The position numbers and the translations under genes were made by a program. Under the pieces are notes generated by a model, which saw only the letters and a program-made list of their open reading frames with translations, was not told where the DNA came from and did no database searches. Of a stretch of DNA of 41,531 nt, positions 9,728-18,733 are shown in pieces; the first letter of the stretch is position 1, and each line of letters starts with the position of its first letter. The DNA comes from a virus. The DNA lies in the UHGV virus genome UHGV-0397187; one strand, written 5' to 3'.

Positions 9728-10136
9728 ACAAATGGATCAAAAAGCGTTACCAGAGGAAGAGGAAGAGGAAGAGGAAGATATAAATACTGATCTCCCCCTA
9801 AATCCCCCTCGCCAAAAACGAGCGTCTAAAAAATTTGAGCCGGAGGCTATTGAGCTGCCCGATTGGTTGCCGGAAACACTCTGGCATGAGTGGGTCCGGT
9901 TCAGGCAGGCATTGCGAAAACCGATTCGAACGGAGCAGGGCGCTAACGGGGCGATACGGGAGCTGGAAAAATTCCGCCAGCAGGGTTTTACACCTGAGCA
10001 GGTGATTCGACACAGTATCGCCAATGAATACCAGGGCCTGTTCGCGCCGAAAGGTGTTCGGCCTGAGACGTTGCTCCGACAGGTTAACACCGTCTCGTTG
10101 CCGGACAGTGCGATCCCGCCAGGCTTCAGGGGGTAA
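9342..10136 (+). CDS. replication initiation protein (O-like / YdaU-like)
   Basis: 264-aa ORF upstream of a DnaC-like loader; contains the iteron-like palindromes and an acidic (EEEEEEEED) linker. Confidence 0.55.
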   Translation: MASNWIKLEVITPDKPEIFRLAEILNIDPDAALGKVIRFWAWADQQMIDGNADCNARGVTKSAIDRITFMAGFADALIQVGWLVENDGGLSLPNFERHNGKSSKKRAVTNERVTKIRELKRKGNAGSVTQMDQKALPEEEEEEEEDINTDLPLNPPRQKRASKKFEPEAIELPDWLPETLWHEWVRFRQALRKPIRTEQGANGAIRELEKFRQQGFTPEQVIRHSIANEYQGLFAPKGVRPETLLRQVNTVSLPDSAIPPGFRG

Positions 10137-10142
10137 CAGGCC

Positions 10143-10889
10143 ATGAAAAATATTGCGACAGGAGGCGTTCTGGAGCGTATCCGCAGACTGACCCCACCAC
10201 ATGTAACCGCCCCATTCAGAACGGTTGCGGAGTGGCGCGAGTGGCAACTTGCTGAAGGCCAGAAACGTTGCGAGGAGATCAACCGCCTGAATCGTCAGTT
10301 GCGGGTGGAAAAAATCCTGAATCGCTCTGGCATCCAGCCGTTGCACCGCAAATGTTCGTTTGCGAATTACCAGGTGCAGAACGACGGTCAGCGATACGCG
10401 TTGAGTCAGGCGAAATCCATCGCTGATGAACTGATGACCGGGTGTACAAATTTTGCGTTCAGCGGAAAGCCTGGTACCGGGAAGAACCACTTAGCGGCAG
10501 CTATCGGGAATCGCCTGCTGAAAGACGGTCAGACAGTGATTGTGGTTACCGTGGCTGATGTTATGAGTGCCCTCCACGCCAGCTATGACGACGGGCAGTC
10601 AGGCGAGAAATTTTTGCGGGAACTGTGCGAAGTGGATCTGCTGGTTCTTGATGAAATTGGCATTCAGCGCGAGACGAAAAACGAGCAGGTGGTACTGCAC
10701 CAGATTATTGATCGACGGACAGCGTCGATGCGTAGCGTGGGTATGCTGACAAACCTGAACTATGAGGCCATGAAAACATTGCTCGGCGAGCGGATTATGG
10801 ATCGCATGACCATGAACGGCGGACGCTGGGTGAATTTTAACTGGGAGAGCTGGCGTCCGAATGTCGTCCAGCCAGGAATTGCGAAGTAA
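10143..10889 (+). CDS. DnaC-like helicase loader (IstB-type AAA+ ATPase)
   Basis: Walker [18 protein letters not shown] and Walker B LLVLDEIG motifs. Confidence 0.85.
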   Translation: MKNIATGGVLERIRRLTPPHVTAPFRTVAEWREWQLAEGQKRCEEINRLNRQLRVEKILNRSGIQPLHRKCSFANYQVQNDGQRYALSQAKSIADELMTGCTNFAFSGKPGTGKNHLAAAIGNRLLKDGQTVIVVTVADVMSALHASYDDGQSGEKFLRELCEVDLLVLDEIGIQRETKNEQVVLHQIIDRRTASMRSVGMLTNLNYEAMKTLLGERIMDRMTMNGGRWVNFNWESWRPNVVQPGIAK

Positions 10890-10911
10890 TTTTTACCGGG
10901 AGAAAAATTTA

Positions 10912-11673
10912 ATGGAGACTGTTTTTGATGCACTGAAAGCAATGGGAAAAGCCACATCCATAGAACTTGCTGCGCGACTTGATATCAGTCGTGAAGAAGT
11001 GCTGAACGAACTATGGGAACTGAAAAAAGCTGGTTTCGTTGATAAAAGCGCGTACACCTGGCGTGTGGCTGATAACAACGTTCAGCAGGAACAGCCAGCG
11101 CCAGAAGAACAGCCGGAAGAAACCACCACGGCGACAGTAGCGAAAATCTCAGAGTGCGATTTAACCGCGACGATTGAACAACGCGGACCACAAACGGCGG
11201 ATGAACTGGCTACGCTGTTCGGTACAACATCCCGCAAAGTGGCTTCAACGCTGGCAATGGCAATCAGCAAAGGTCGTCTGATTCGCGTAAATCAGGGCGG
11301 TAAATTTCGTTACTGCATACCGGGCGATAATTTACCAGCAGAGCCGAAAGCTGCATCGGTAGCGGAAACTGATGGTAAAGCCTTTCCTCAGCCTGCATGT
11401 GTTGCGTTACCAGTACAGGAGGCTGCAACACAGGAAGATATTAAAACAGAAACTGTGGCGGACATTGTGCAGTCGCTGCCATCGTTCACCGAAACGCGAG
11501 CGGATGACCTGATTTTACCATCGCTGCATATGGCAAACCGCGAACTGCGTCGGGCGAAAAGTCATGTCCAGAAGTGGGCGCGAGTCTGCGCCGCGCTGCG
11601 GGAGCTGAACAAGCACCGGGATATTGTTCGACAGATTACTGATTCTTCCCGCCGTGTTGTATCGGAAAAGTGA
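10912..11673 (+). CDS. winged-helix DNA-binding protein (DUF1627-like), start uncertain
   Basis: [45 protein letters not shown] is a winged-helix-like N-terminus; the ORF could start at 10861 instead. Confidence 0.5.
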   Translation: METVFDALKAMGKATSIELAARLDISREEVLNELWELKKAGFVDKSAYTWRVADNNVQQEQPAPEEQPEETTTATVAKISECDLTATIEQRGPQTADELATLFGTTSRKVASTLAMAISKGRLIRVNQGGKFRYCIPGDNLPAEPKAASVAETDGKAFPQPACVALPVQEAATQEDIKTETVADIVQSLPSFTETRADDLILPSLHMANRELRRAKSHVQKWARVCAALRELNKHRDIVRQITDSSRRVVSEK

Positions 11674-11688
11674 TTGCCGGAGGCACTT

Positions 11689-12111
11689 ATGGCAAAAGTA
11701 TTTACACAAGAAGAGCGGGAAAAAATTAAAGGGCAGGTTGTTGAGCTAGTACGCCGGAGTGGGCGCGAGACGTTACGGCAACTGGAAGCCAAGACAGGTG
11801 CGACAAGATATCTGATGAGCGTTCTCGCCAGAGAGCTTGTTGCCAGTGGCGATGTATACAACTCTGGTTACGGGTTATTTCCGTCTGAACAGGCCCGTAA
11901 GGACTGGCAAAACGCCCGCAAAAAACTATCCAGGGCAAAGGTGAAAAAAACGGTTGTGGTTGATCCTGACCTTATCTGGTCATTACCAGACGGAGAAATA
12001 CGCCGCTACGACAGGCGTCTGAACATAATCTGTCGCGAGTGCCGGAAGAGCGAAGCTATGCAGCGTGTACTGGCTTTCTATCAGGGTAATTTTCAGGAGG
12101 CGGTACTGTGA
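11689..12111 (+). CDS. hypothetical protein
   Basis: ORF with ATG at 11689 preceded by ccggagg RBS (the track start at 11674 is a TTG). Confidence 0.5.
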   Translation: MAKVFTQEEREKIKGQVVELVRRSGRETLRQLEAKTGATRYLMSVLARELVASGDVYNSGYGLFPSEQARKDWQNARKKLSRAKVKKTVVVDPDLIWSLPDGEIRRYDRRLNIICRECRKSEAMQRVLAFYQGNFQEAVL

Positions 12112-12168
12112 GTGAAATTAGCTATCAGGCTTCAATTGCCGCTGGCATTCGCATCAAAGGAGAGGAGC

Positions 12169-12525
12169 ATGGAAATAAAACCAGAAGATGAGTTAAGTAA
12201 TATTGTTTTATTTCCGGTAAAAGAGGATGACCCACGTAATCAGGTTAATTTTCTTTATGAGCCATCGGAAAGACCATATTGTCATCACGCCTCTGTCCGG
12301 GTTGACGAAAAAGAGCGTCAGGTCCGCTGTAAAATCTGCGGTGCAGTTGTGGAGCCATTTGACCGGATGCTCTCTGTGGCGAAAAGAGAAACCAGACTGG
12401 CAGATGATGTAAGGCTATTGCGTCAGGAGGAACAGGAAAGGCGAAAAAATATAGAAAAGCTAATTCAGATTGAGCGTAACGCGAAAGCGCGGATAAGCAG
12501 GGTGACAAAATCAAGAACTGAATAA
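12169..12525 (+). CDS. hypothetical protein with zinc-ribbon-like Cys/His motif
   Basis: ATG at 12169 after aaaggagaggag RBS (the track start at 12112 is a GTG); CHH...CKIC motif. Confidence 0.5.
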   Translation: MEIKPEDELSNIVLFPVKEDDPRNQVNFLYEPSERPYCHHASVRVDEKERQVRCKICGAVVEPFDRMLSVAKRETRLADDVRLLRQEEQERRKNIEKLIQIERNAKARISRVTKSRTE

Positions 12526-12618
12526 TTTAAATTTAGCACTGTTAAAAATTTAATCCTTAACCGGAGGGATTTCTGCACCATCAGAACATCAGGAGTCCGC
12601 CCGAAAGGGCGGTAAGAA

Positions 12619-12837
12619 ATGACTACATTATTCAGAAAAGAATATCCGCGAAGAAGTAGAACGACAGAATTTTTGTTTCTCATTCTGTTTATCGTGTTGA
12701 TGACACCGATATCCCCGCTAATTTTTGTCTGGGCAATCGGGAAAATAATTGAGCCAGTTATTGAATTGTATAACGACGTGGTATGGGCGTCGTTCAACAC
12801 ACTGCACAATAAAATTAATCCGTATAAGGAAAGCTGA
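12619..12837 (+). CDS. small membrane protein
   Basis: FLFLILFIVLMTPISPLIFVWAIG is a hydrophobic stretch consistent with a transmembrane helix. Confidence 0.45.
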   Translation: MTTLFRKEYPRRSRTTEFLFLILFIVLMTPISPLIFVWAIGKIIEPVIELYNDVVWASFNTLHNKINPYKES

Positions 12838-12838
12838 T

Positions 12839-13270
12839 ATGACCACTATTACCACTATTACCAGAGAAAACGCGGAGATTAAATCATTCATCACTGGTTT
12901 CCTGAGCGACCCGGCGCACGATAACCAATCTTCAGACAGCCTGCTTGCCAATGTGTTTCGTATCGCGCTGGCTTCGCTGGAAGCAGAACCAGTTGCATGG
13001 ACTGATGATGAGGAACTGCGTGATGTCAAGCAGTATGGTCTCGGTGAGATATTTCAGTGCCCGCCAGATAAATACGCAGACTCGCGTCGTGTAATTCCGC
13101 TGTATCGTGTGCCGCCAGCTTCCATGGTGCAGGCACAGGGCATAGAGATTGCAATAAACGAACTGGTGGCTCTGTCCCCACGCTTGGATAAACAGGCGGT
13201 GGAAACTCTTTCTATGGCTGTGGAACATTTACGCAAACTGGTTAAGAAGCAGTTGCAGACTAAGGACTAA
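12839..13270 (+). CDS. paralogue 1 of a three-member family (conserved N-terminal motif, variable C-terminus)
   Basis: MTTITTITRENAEIKSFITGFL...FRIALASLEAEPVAW; shares MTT.T start and (I)ALASLEAE motif with the genes at 13274 and 14231. Confidence 0.6.
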   Translation: MTTITTITRENAEIKSFITGFLSDPAHDNQSSDSLLANVFRIALASLEAEPVAWTDDEELRDVKQYGLGEIFQCPPDKYADSRRVIPLYRVPPASMVQAQGIEIAINELVALSPRLDKQAVETLSMAVEHLRKLVKKQLQTKD

Positions 13271-13273
13271 CCC

Positions 13274-13717
13274 ATGACCACTATTACCAAAGAACGTATT
13301 GAATTGTTCATTAAAAATCCGCTTGAAAACGGGCTTGCTCGTAGCGAACAAATGGAAGTGGCACGGATCGCTTTGGCATCGCTGGAAGCAGAGGCAGTTA
13401 TGTTCTGTATATCAGGACAAAATGTAGATTCAGAAGAACATGTATCAACCAGCAAAGCGGTTGTTGATGCCTGGGTTGAAGAATGGAATCAGGTTGACGG
13501 AAGTCCTGGCGAACCACTGTACAAAACTATGCCACTCTACTATCACGCTGCCTTGCCAGCGCCGGTAGTGCCTGAAGGGCTGGTTAAAGCGGTGCGTTTT
13601 TATGAGCAGGTAAAAAATGAGAATCCGGCAGTCGAAACCGTAGCATGGAAAGACGCTGTTGACTGGGTTCTCGAAGAGGCTTGTCAGGCTGTAAACATTG
13701 GCATCAAAGGAGAGTGA
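13274..13717 (+). CDS. paralogue 2 of the three-member family
   Basis: MTTITKERIELFIKNPLENGLARSEQMEVARIALASLEAEAVMF. Confidence 0.6.
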   Translation: MTTITKERIELFIKNPLENGLARSEQMEVARIALASLEAEAVMFCISGQNVDSEEHVSTSKAVVDAWVEEWNQVDGSPGEPLYKTMPLYYHAALPAPVVPEGLVKAVRFYEQVKNENPAVETVAWKDAVDWVLEEACQAVNIGIKGE

Positions 13718-13718
13718 T

Positions 13719-14234
13719 ATGGCGTTAACACACCACGAACTCTGTCAGATTGCGTACAAGTTCCTTAAGCGCAACGGGTTCAAGGTTTGCTTTCATGACC
13801 GCTTTGTTGCTGTAACCAGTACCGGAGAACAGCCAGATGCTATGGGATTCAGAAATTCAGCATCATGCCTGATAGAGGCGAAGTGTTCTCGTGCTGACTT
13901 GTTGGCAGATAGAAAAAAGCGTTTCCGTAAAAATCCCTCACTTGGCATGGGCGACTGGCGATTCTTTATTAGTGAGCCGGAAATTATTTCAGTTGAGGAT
14001 TTACCTCCCGGCTGGGGATTACTTCACGTTGTTAACGGAAGAGTACGGAAAGTACATGGATGGCCCAGGGGTAATTGCTGTTGGGGTAATCCTGACGATA
14101 AGCCATTTACCGGGAATAAGCAGGTTGAATGCGATTACATGTTATCTGCATTAAGGCGCATGGAGCTAAGAGGACACCTTAATGAAATATATGACGGTGT
14201 AATTGTTAATAAGAAAGAAGGAAACGCAGCATGA
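13719..14234 (+). CDS. putative PD-(D/E)xK-type nuclease-like protein
   Basis: ATG at 13719 after aaaggagag RBS; GEQPDAMGF...LIEAKCSRADL gives a PD ... E-x-K arrangement; weak motif-level inference. Confidence 0.4.
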   Translation: MALTHHELCQIAYKFLKRNGFKVCFHDRFVAVTSTGEQPDAMGFRNSASCLIEAKCSRADLLADRKKRFRKNPSLGMGDWRFFISEPEIISVEDLPPGWGLLHVVNGRVRKVHGWPRGNCCWGNPDDKPFTGNKQVECDYMLSALRRMELRGHLNEIYDGVIVNKKEGNAA

Positions 14235-14608
14235 CCACTTTAACCGACAAAGAACTGATTAAAGAAATCAGAGAGCGAATCGGCAGCCTGGACGTCCGAG
14301 ACAATATTGAGCGTCGGGCTTATGAAATTGCTCTGGCATCACTGGAAGCAGAAGCGCCAAATTTGCCTGGTGGTTTCACCATTGAGGATGCGAAGGAGTT
14401 ACATGAAGACCTGGTACGCAGCCACATAAGCCAGGCTTTAAGTGGCGAGAAGATGAAAAAGAAAGATCGTGATGCTGATTTGCTCTGGATTCATGGCGTT
14501 ATAGTACAGGCAGCGTGGTTTGTGAAAGCCTCACTGGATGCGTTGCCTGAACCGCTGCGGGAGGAGAAGGGAGGAAGTCCAACTGAAGAAAGTGAAGCCG
14601 GACTGTAA
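14231..14608 (+). CDS. paralogue 3 of the three-member family
   Basis: MTTLTDKELIKEIRERIGSLDVRDNIERRAYEIALASLEAEAPNL. Confidence 0.6.
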   Translation: MTTLTDKELIKEIRERIGSLDVRDNIERRAYEIALASLEAEAPNLPGGFTIEDAKELHEDLVRSHISQALSGEKMKKKDRDADLLWIHGVIVQAAWFVKASLDALPEPLREEKGGSPTEESEAGL

Positions 14609-14946
14609 ATTACCGAGTAAGGCGATGGACTACCTGAAGCGAAACGGGCTGACAAGCGTGGAGGATATTTTACGATGACCTGGCCTGAGGCATTCACCAC
14701 GGTAGGAATTGCAATGGCGGTGGCGCTGGTGGTGTATTCGATTTGCCGCTGGGGATAAAAACGGTTTGCGGGAAAAGGAGAGTTAAGTAGAATTGCAGCG
14801 GGTGCTTGAGGCTATCTGCCTCGGGCATGAACACCAACGGCAGATAGATAAAAGCCCCACCCGACTATAAATCGAAGTGAGGCCCCTATATGCTCGTCAC
14901 ATATAGATTGCCTCTTACGGACCGAAAGGTCAAGGAGAAGCAGGCT

Positions 14947-15102
14947 ATGAAGCAGCAAAAGGCGATGTTAGTCGCCCTGATCGTCATCTGTTTAACCGTC
15001 ATAGTGACGGCACTGGTAACGAGGAAAGACCTCTGCGAGGTACGAATCCGAACCGGCCAGACGGAGGTCGCTGTCTTCACAGCTTACGAACCTGAGGAGT
15101 AA
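14947..15102 (+). CDS. hok: Hok/Gef-family type I toxin
   Basis: MKQQKAMLVALIVICLTVIVTALVTRKDLCEVRIRTGQTEVAVFTAYEPEE: hallmark Hok sequence; aaggag RBS; in-frame upstream extension from 14890. Confidence 0.9.
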   Translation: MKQQKAMLVALIVICLTVIVTALVTRKDLCEVRIRTGQTEVAVFTAYEPEE

Positions 15103-15171
15103 GAGACCCGGCGGGGGAGAAATCCCTCGCCACCTCTGATGTGTCAGGCATCCTCAACGCACCCGCACTTA

Positions 15172-15196
15172 ACCCGCTTCGGCGGGTTTTTTGTTG
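15172..15196 (+). terminator. intrinsic terminator after hok
   Basis: acccgc-ttcg-gcgggt followed by ttttttgtt. Confidence 0.75.
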
Positions 15197-15338
15197 CGCG
15201 CTGAATACGCAGGGTGAAAAATAACCATATATTTGATTATATACACAACAAAAAATAAAAGTCATTGCACCTGCACATTAAATAATCAAATATACGACGT
15301 GAAATAAATATTTTTCAGATTAATATTTTTGTCTCTAT

Positions 15339-15590
15339 GTGGATATAACCGTTTGTACTTATAAACCTGGAGGCATCGTGGAAAAAATAAAGAAACTATT
15401 TAGTAGCAAATATGCAGTCATACGTCGTGATGACCTGTCAGTTATAGTCGAAATGGATTACTTCCCTGAAACCAAAAAATCAATGATGTATCGTAATGGT
15501 CGAAAGGCAATTTTTTTACCGATGAGGGTAAGTGACATTATGGGAAATGATAAACTGCTGGATGAATTGCGAGTCAGAGCATCCTGTTAG
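15339..15590 (+). CDS. Rem-like small protein (Qin-type gene order hok-rem-DUF1367-Q)
   Basis: 83-aa ORF between hok and the DUF1367-like gene, same size and position as Qin rem; a GTG at 15377 with ggagg RBS is an alternative start. Confidence 0.45.
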   Translation: MDITVCTYKPGGIVEKIKKLFSSKYAVIRRDDLSVIVEMDYFPETKKSMMYRNGRKAIFLPMRVSDIMGNDKLLDELRVRASC

Positions 15591-15661
15591 TATTGGCATT
15601 AATTCTGGTATACTACATAACGGGCTGAACACCCATTCTACTGCGCCAGCGGAGAACTACG

Positions 15662-16261
15662 ATGGCGCATATACAACTGGTCAAACAAACCTCTTCTGGA
15701 TTACTTCTCCCGGCGACGCCGGAGAGTTGCGATTTTTTGCATCAAATCAAAATAGGTGAGTGGATACACGCAGACTTTAAGCGTGTGCGTAACTACGCAT
15801 TCCACAAGCGTTTTTTCAAACTCCTGCAACTGGGATTCGATTACTGGACTCCGATCGGTGGGGCGATCACGCCTCGCGAACGAAAACTGGTATCAGGCTT
15901 CGTTGATTACCTGTGCGAATCAGTAGGTCGGGAACACACTCCAGCCCTGAGTGATGCCGCAGAGCAATACCTTAATACAGTTGCGACATGCAGAACCCGG
16001 GATACGGCATTGCTAAAGTCGTTTGACGCTTTCCGCGAGTGGGTAACCATTCAGGCCGGATTTTACACCGAGCATATTTATCCTGATGGTAGTCGTGGGC
16101 GCAGGGCAAAATCTATCGCATTTGCGAACATGGACGAAACCGAGTTTCAGCAGGTTTATAAATCTGTACTGAATGTGCTGTGGAACTGGATCCTGTTCCG
16201 TAAATTTTCCTCTCCGGAGGAAGTCGAAAATGTTGCCGCACAGTTACTGGAGTTTGCGTAA
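15662..16261 (+). CDS. DUF1367-like phage protein (YdfU-like)
   Basis: 199-aa ORF immediately upstream of the YbcO-like and Q genes; family call from recollection and synteny. Confidence 0.5.
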   Translation: MAHIQLVKQTSSGLLLPATPESCDFLHQIKIGEWIHADFKRVRNYAFHKRFFKLLQLGFDYWTPIGGAITPRERKLVSGFVDYLCESVGREHTPALSDAAEQYLNTVATCRTRDTALLKSFDAFREWVTIQAGFYTEHIYPDGSRGRRAKSIAFANMDETEFQQVYKSVLNVLWNWILFRKFSSPEEVENVAAQLLEFA

Positions 16262-16551
16262 TGGTGGATTTACGTAAAGCGGCGCGGGGGCAGATGTGCA
16301 CCGTCAGAATTCCTGGCTACTGCAATCACAATCCCGAAACTTCTGTGCTGGCGCATTACAGGCTGGCGGGGATGTGCGGAACAGCGACAAAACCACACGA
16401 TATGCAGGCAGCGATTGCCTGCAGCTCATGCCACGATTTAATCGACGGGCGGGTAAAAACCAGCGATTACACCAAAGAAGAATTACGCCTGATGCATGCA
16501 GAAGGTGTTTTTCGCACACAAGAAATCTGGAGAAAGGAAGGTTATTTATGA
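16261..16551 (+). CDS. YbcO-like (DUF1364) zinc-binding putative nuclease
   Basis: MVDLRKAARGQMCTVRIPGYCNHNPETSVLAHYRL..CGTATKPHD...IACSSCHD parallels DLP12 YbcO as recalled. Confidence 0.7.
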   Translation: MVDLRKAARGQMCTVRIPGYCNHNPETSVLAHYRLAGMCGTATKPHDMQAAIACSSCHDLIDGRVKTSDYTKEELRLMHAEGVFRTQEIWRKEGYL

Positions 16552-17102
16552 TTTACCCAACAAATACAGGCAAAAGCGGGGAACACCTTCGTCTCACCAC
16601 GCTGGAAAGTGTCTGGATTCAGGGAAAACTGCGCATGTGGGGGCGCTGGTCGTATATTGGCGGCGGTAAGACGGGAAATATGTTTAACCAGTTGCTGACC
16701 TCTAAAAAGCTAACAAAAACGGCAATTAATGAGGCGCTCCGGAGGATGAAAAAAGCAGGTCTGGACAAACCTGAACTTGAGGCTTTTTTGCGGGATATGA
16801 TCAACGGCAAGCAAAAAAGCTGGCTGGTGCATTGTACTGATGCAGAGGCGTTATGCATTGATCGGGTGATTAGTGAAGTGCTGGCAGAACACCCAGGATT
16901 GATTTGTATCCTCCGGCAAAGATATGAAGGGCGGGGGATGAGTAAGCGCAAAATGGCTGAATTGCTGAATGATGCACACCCCGAGTGGTGTTTCCGGACG
17001 TGCTGCAGTCGGGTAGATGTATGGCTAAATCTTGCTGAATATATGCTCTATCTACCGATGCGTGATGCATTCTCTTCCGGGGATCTAAAAACCGTCTGTT
17101 GA
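16548..17102 (+). CDS. putative late-gene antiterminator (Q-like)
   Basis: 184-aa ORF whose stop overlaps the -35 of a strong promoter followed by a short-transcript terminator (PR'/tR' arrangement); lysis genes follow. Confidence 0.55.
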   Translation: MIYPTNTGKSGEHLRLTTLESVWIQGKLRMWGRWSYIGGGKTGNMFNQLLTSKKLTKTAINEALRRMKKAGLDKPELEAFLRDMINGKQKSWLVHCTDAEALCIDRVISEVLAEHPGLICILRQRYEGRGMSKRKMAELLNDAHPEWCFRTCCSRVDVWLNLAEYMLYLPMRDAFSSGDLKTVC

Positions 17103-17128
17103 CTCAATCTGTTATCCGGGGCTATATT
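17099..17128 (+). promoter_or_regulatory. late promoter PR'-like (sigma70)
   Basis: -35 ttgact (17099-17104), 18-bp spacer, -10 tatatt (17123-17128). Confidence 0.6.
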
Positions 17129-17189
17129 CCTCACGCGCCAGCAAAATCTGGCGTCGGGATTGGCGTCCCGGATAGAGACCGCGACAGAT

Positions 17190-17213
17190 ACACGCCGCGA
17201 GCGTGTTTTTTAT
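17190..17213 (+). terminator. tR'-like intrinsic terminator about 65 nt downstream of PR'
   Basis: acacgc-cgcga-gcgtgt followed by tttttatt. Confidence 0.6.
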
Positions 17214-17372
17214 TGTCGTATGCACGCGCACATCTGAATTATGGTGGGCTGTGTGGGGGCGGAGAGATCCGCGCCGGTCGGTTTCCCGGTTACGCCAACC
17301 CTGCACAGTTCACCACCAGATGATTGGCGTCGTCGGTGGTGAGTTATTAAGAAACCACCAGAGGGCGTCATT

Positions 17373-17930
17373 ATGACAACTCAAATTTCTGTTGAAACTC
17401 TCTCCCCGATCACCCATAACCAGATTCCTGTTATTACCACCGAACTTTTGGCGCAGCTTTACGGCACTGAGCCGGTGCGTATTCGCCAGAATCATCATGA
17501 GAACAAAGTACGCTTCGTTGAAGGGAAACACTTTTTCAAAGTTGTTGGTAATGACCTTAAAGAATTGCGGGTCGCTTTAAACTACTCACAAAATCCAGTT
17601 TCACCCAAAGCCCGCTCCCTCATCCTCTGGACAGAACGAGGCGCAGCACGCCACGCCAAAATGCTCGAAACCGATCAGGCATGGGATGTGTTCGAAAAAC
17701 TGGAAGACTGCTATTTCAGTCAAAAGGATCCGTCAACGCCAGTTTCATGCCAGAAAAGTTACGACACGCGAGTTCTCTGTTATCAGAGAGGCGGTGTCAC
17801 TGTTTCCACAATTCAGTTACGGGATGATGATATTGTTATTTCCCTTGAGTCATGGCTGGAACTGGCGAGAGCCAATGGTTGGTTTGTTGTTCGCAGAGAT
17901 CAACTGGTGGAAAGGTTGATGCAGCTTTAA
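17373..17930 (+). CDS. ORF6N-domain (antirepressor N-terminal-like) protein, moron
   Basis: ITTELLAQLYGTEPVRIRQNHHENKVRFVEGKHFFKV fits the ORF6N/KilA-N-like pattern; own terminator downstream. Confidence 0.5.
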   Translation: MTTQISVETLSPITHNQIPVITTELLAQLYGTEPVRIRQNHHENKVRFVEGKHFFKVVGNDLKELRVALNYSQNPVSPKARSLILWTERGAARHAKMLETDQAWDVFEKLEDCYFSQKDPSTPVSCQKSYDTRVLCYQRGGVTVSTIQLRDDDIVISLESWLELARANGWFVVRRDQLVERLMQL

Positions 17931-18025
17931 AAAAGTTCTTGCATTTTTGCACATAAACTGCTTCAATCCCGGTACGCTTCGCAAAGCTGTATCGCGAGGC
18001 GAACCAAGCGCATGAACTTTACCAG

Positions 18026-18054
18026 AACCCGCCATTGAGCGGGTTTTGTTGTTT
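18026..18054 (+). terminator. intrinsic terminator after the ORF6N-like gene
   Basis: aacccgc-cattga-gcgggtt followed by ttgttgttt. Confidence 0.7.
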
Positions 18055-18163
18055 CTGGTACTGGCGAACCTGATGTTTCATTTCTGGAGCGCGATTCCTG
18101 GCGGAATACCTGGAATCGAGACATTCTGGTAAAATTGTGTTCAGTACAGGATGTGGAGGTGAG

Positions 18164-18733
18164 ATGAGAGAACTACCTAAAGTTTATTTTTTAGGAGTAG
18201 ATGATGAGCTCGTCGATTATCTTGAAAAACAAGGGGAAGAGACGATACGAGAGATTCATCTTTCTAACAAAACCAATGTTGAGAATGGATACAAACTTCT
18301 GAACATTCAGATTGTTGGAATTGGCTCATCTTTTTTATTGCTGACACAGAAAACTAATTTCGATTTTCTCACCGCCGGAATTACCACATTTACATTGCTA
18401 TGGACATGGTGCGCCATTTACTTGGTATGTACTGGTTTATCTGTGAAGGTTAGGGGCCTGATCAATGCCCCTCCTGATCATCTATATCATGAAAAATATA
18501 AGGATATGGAGCCCTCGAGCTTTAAAATATTCGCTGATGCAGGATATTTAGGACCTGATAAGTTATTGCCGCTTATACGAAGGTATCGCCTTGTTGACTT
18601 GAGTGATACAGCAAGAGAGTTACTGTTGGAAAATGAGAAAATCCGCACGAGTCTCGATAAAGCAAGGATGTATACTATCCTTGCTCCGGTAGCGGCGATG
18701 TTTATCTCGGCTGTTTTTTTATATGTTCAATGA
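18164..18733 (+). CDS. AT-rich membrane protein of unknown function (moron)
   Basis: ATG at 18164 after ggaggtgag RBS; hydrophobic segments IVGIGSSFLLL, ITTFTLLWTWCAIYLVCTGL and C-terminal MYTILAPVAAMFISAVFLYV; visibly AT-rich codon usage. Confidence 0.6.
   Translation: MRELPKVYFLGVDDELVDYLEKQGEETIREIHLSNKTNVENGYKLLNIQIVGIGSSFLLLTQKTNFDFLTAGITTFTLLWTWCAIYLVCTGLSVKVRGLINAPPDHLYHEKYKDMEPSSFKIFADAGYLGPDKLLPLIRRYRLVDLSDTARELLLENEKIRTSLDKARMYTILAPVAAMFISAVFLYVQ

Noticed and set aside
9760-9786. (GAGGAA)n simple repeat
   Set aside because: Encodes the poly-Glu linker of the replication initiator; a coding low-complexity tract, not a regulatory repeat or CRISPR-like array.
9737-10490. Minus-strand ORFs 9737-10282 and 9798-10490 (181 and 230 aa)
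   Set aside because: Antisense to the replication initiator and DnaC-like genes, which carry clear motifs; Ser/Arg-rich translations typical of antisense frames.
14890-14946. Mok-like separate gene upstream of hok
   Set aside because: The upstream extension is in the same frame as hok, so it is not an overlapping mok in a different frame; treated as a possible alternative start only.
17100-17372. Possible tRNA genes downstream of Q, as in Stx phages
   Set aside because: No cloverleaf-compatible segment or conserved T-loop motif found by eye; the structure present is better explained as the PR' leader and tR' terminator.
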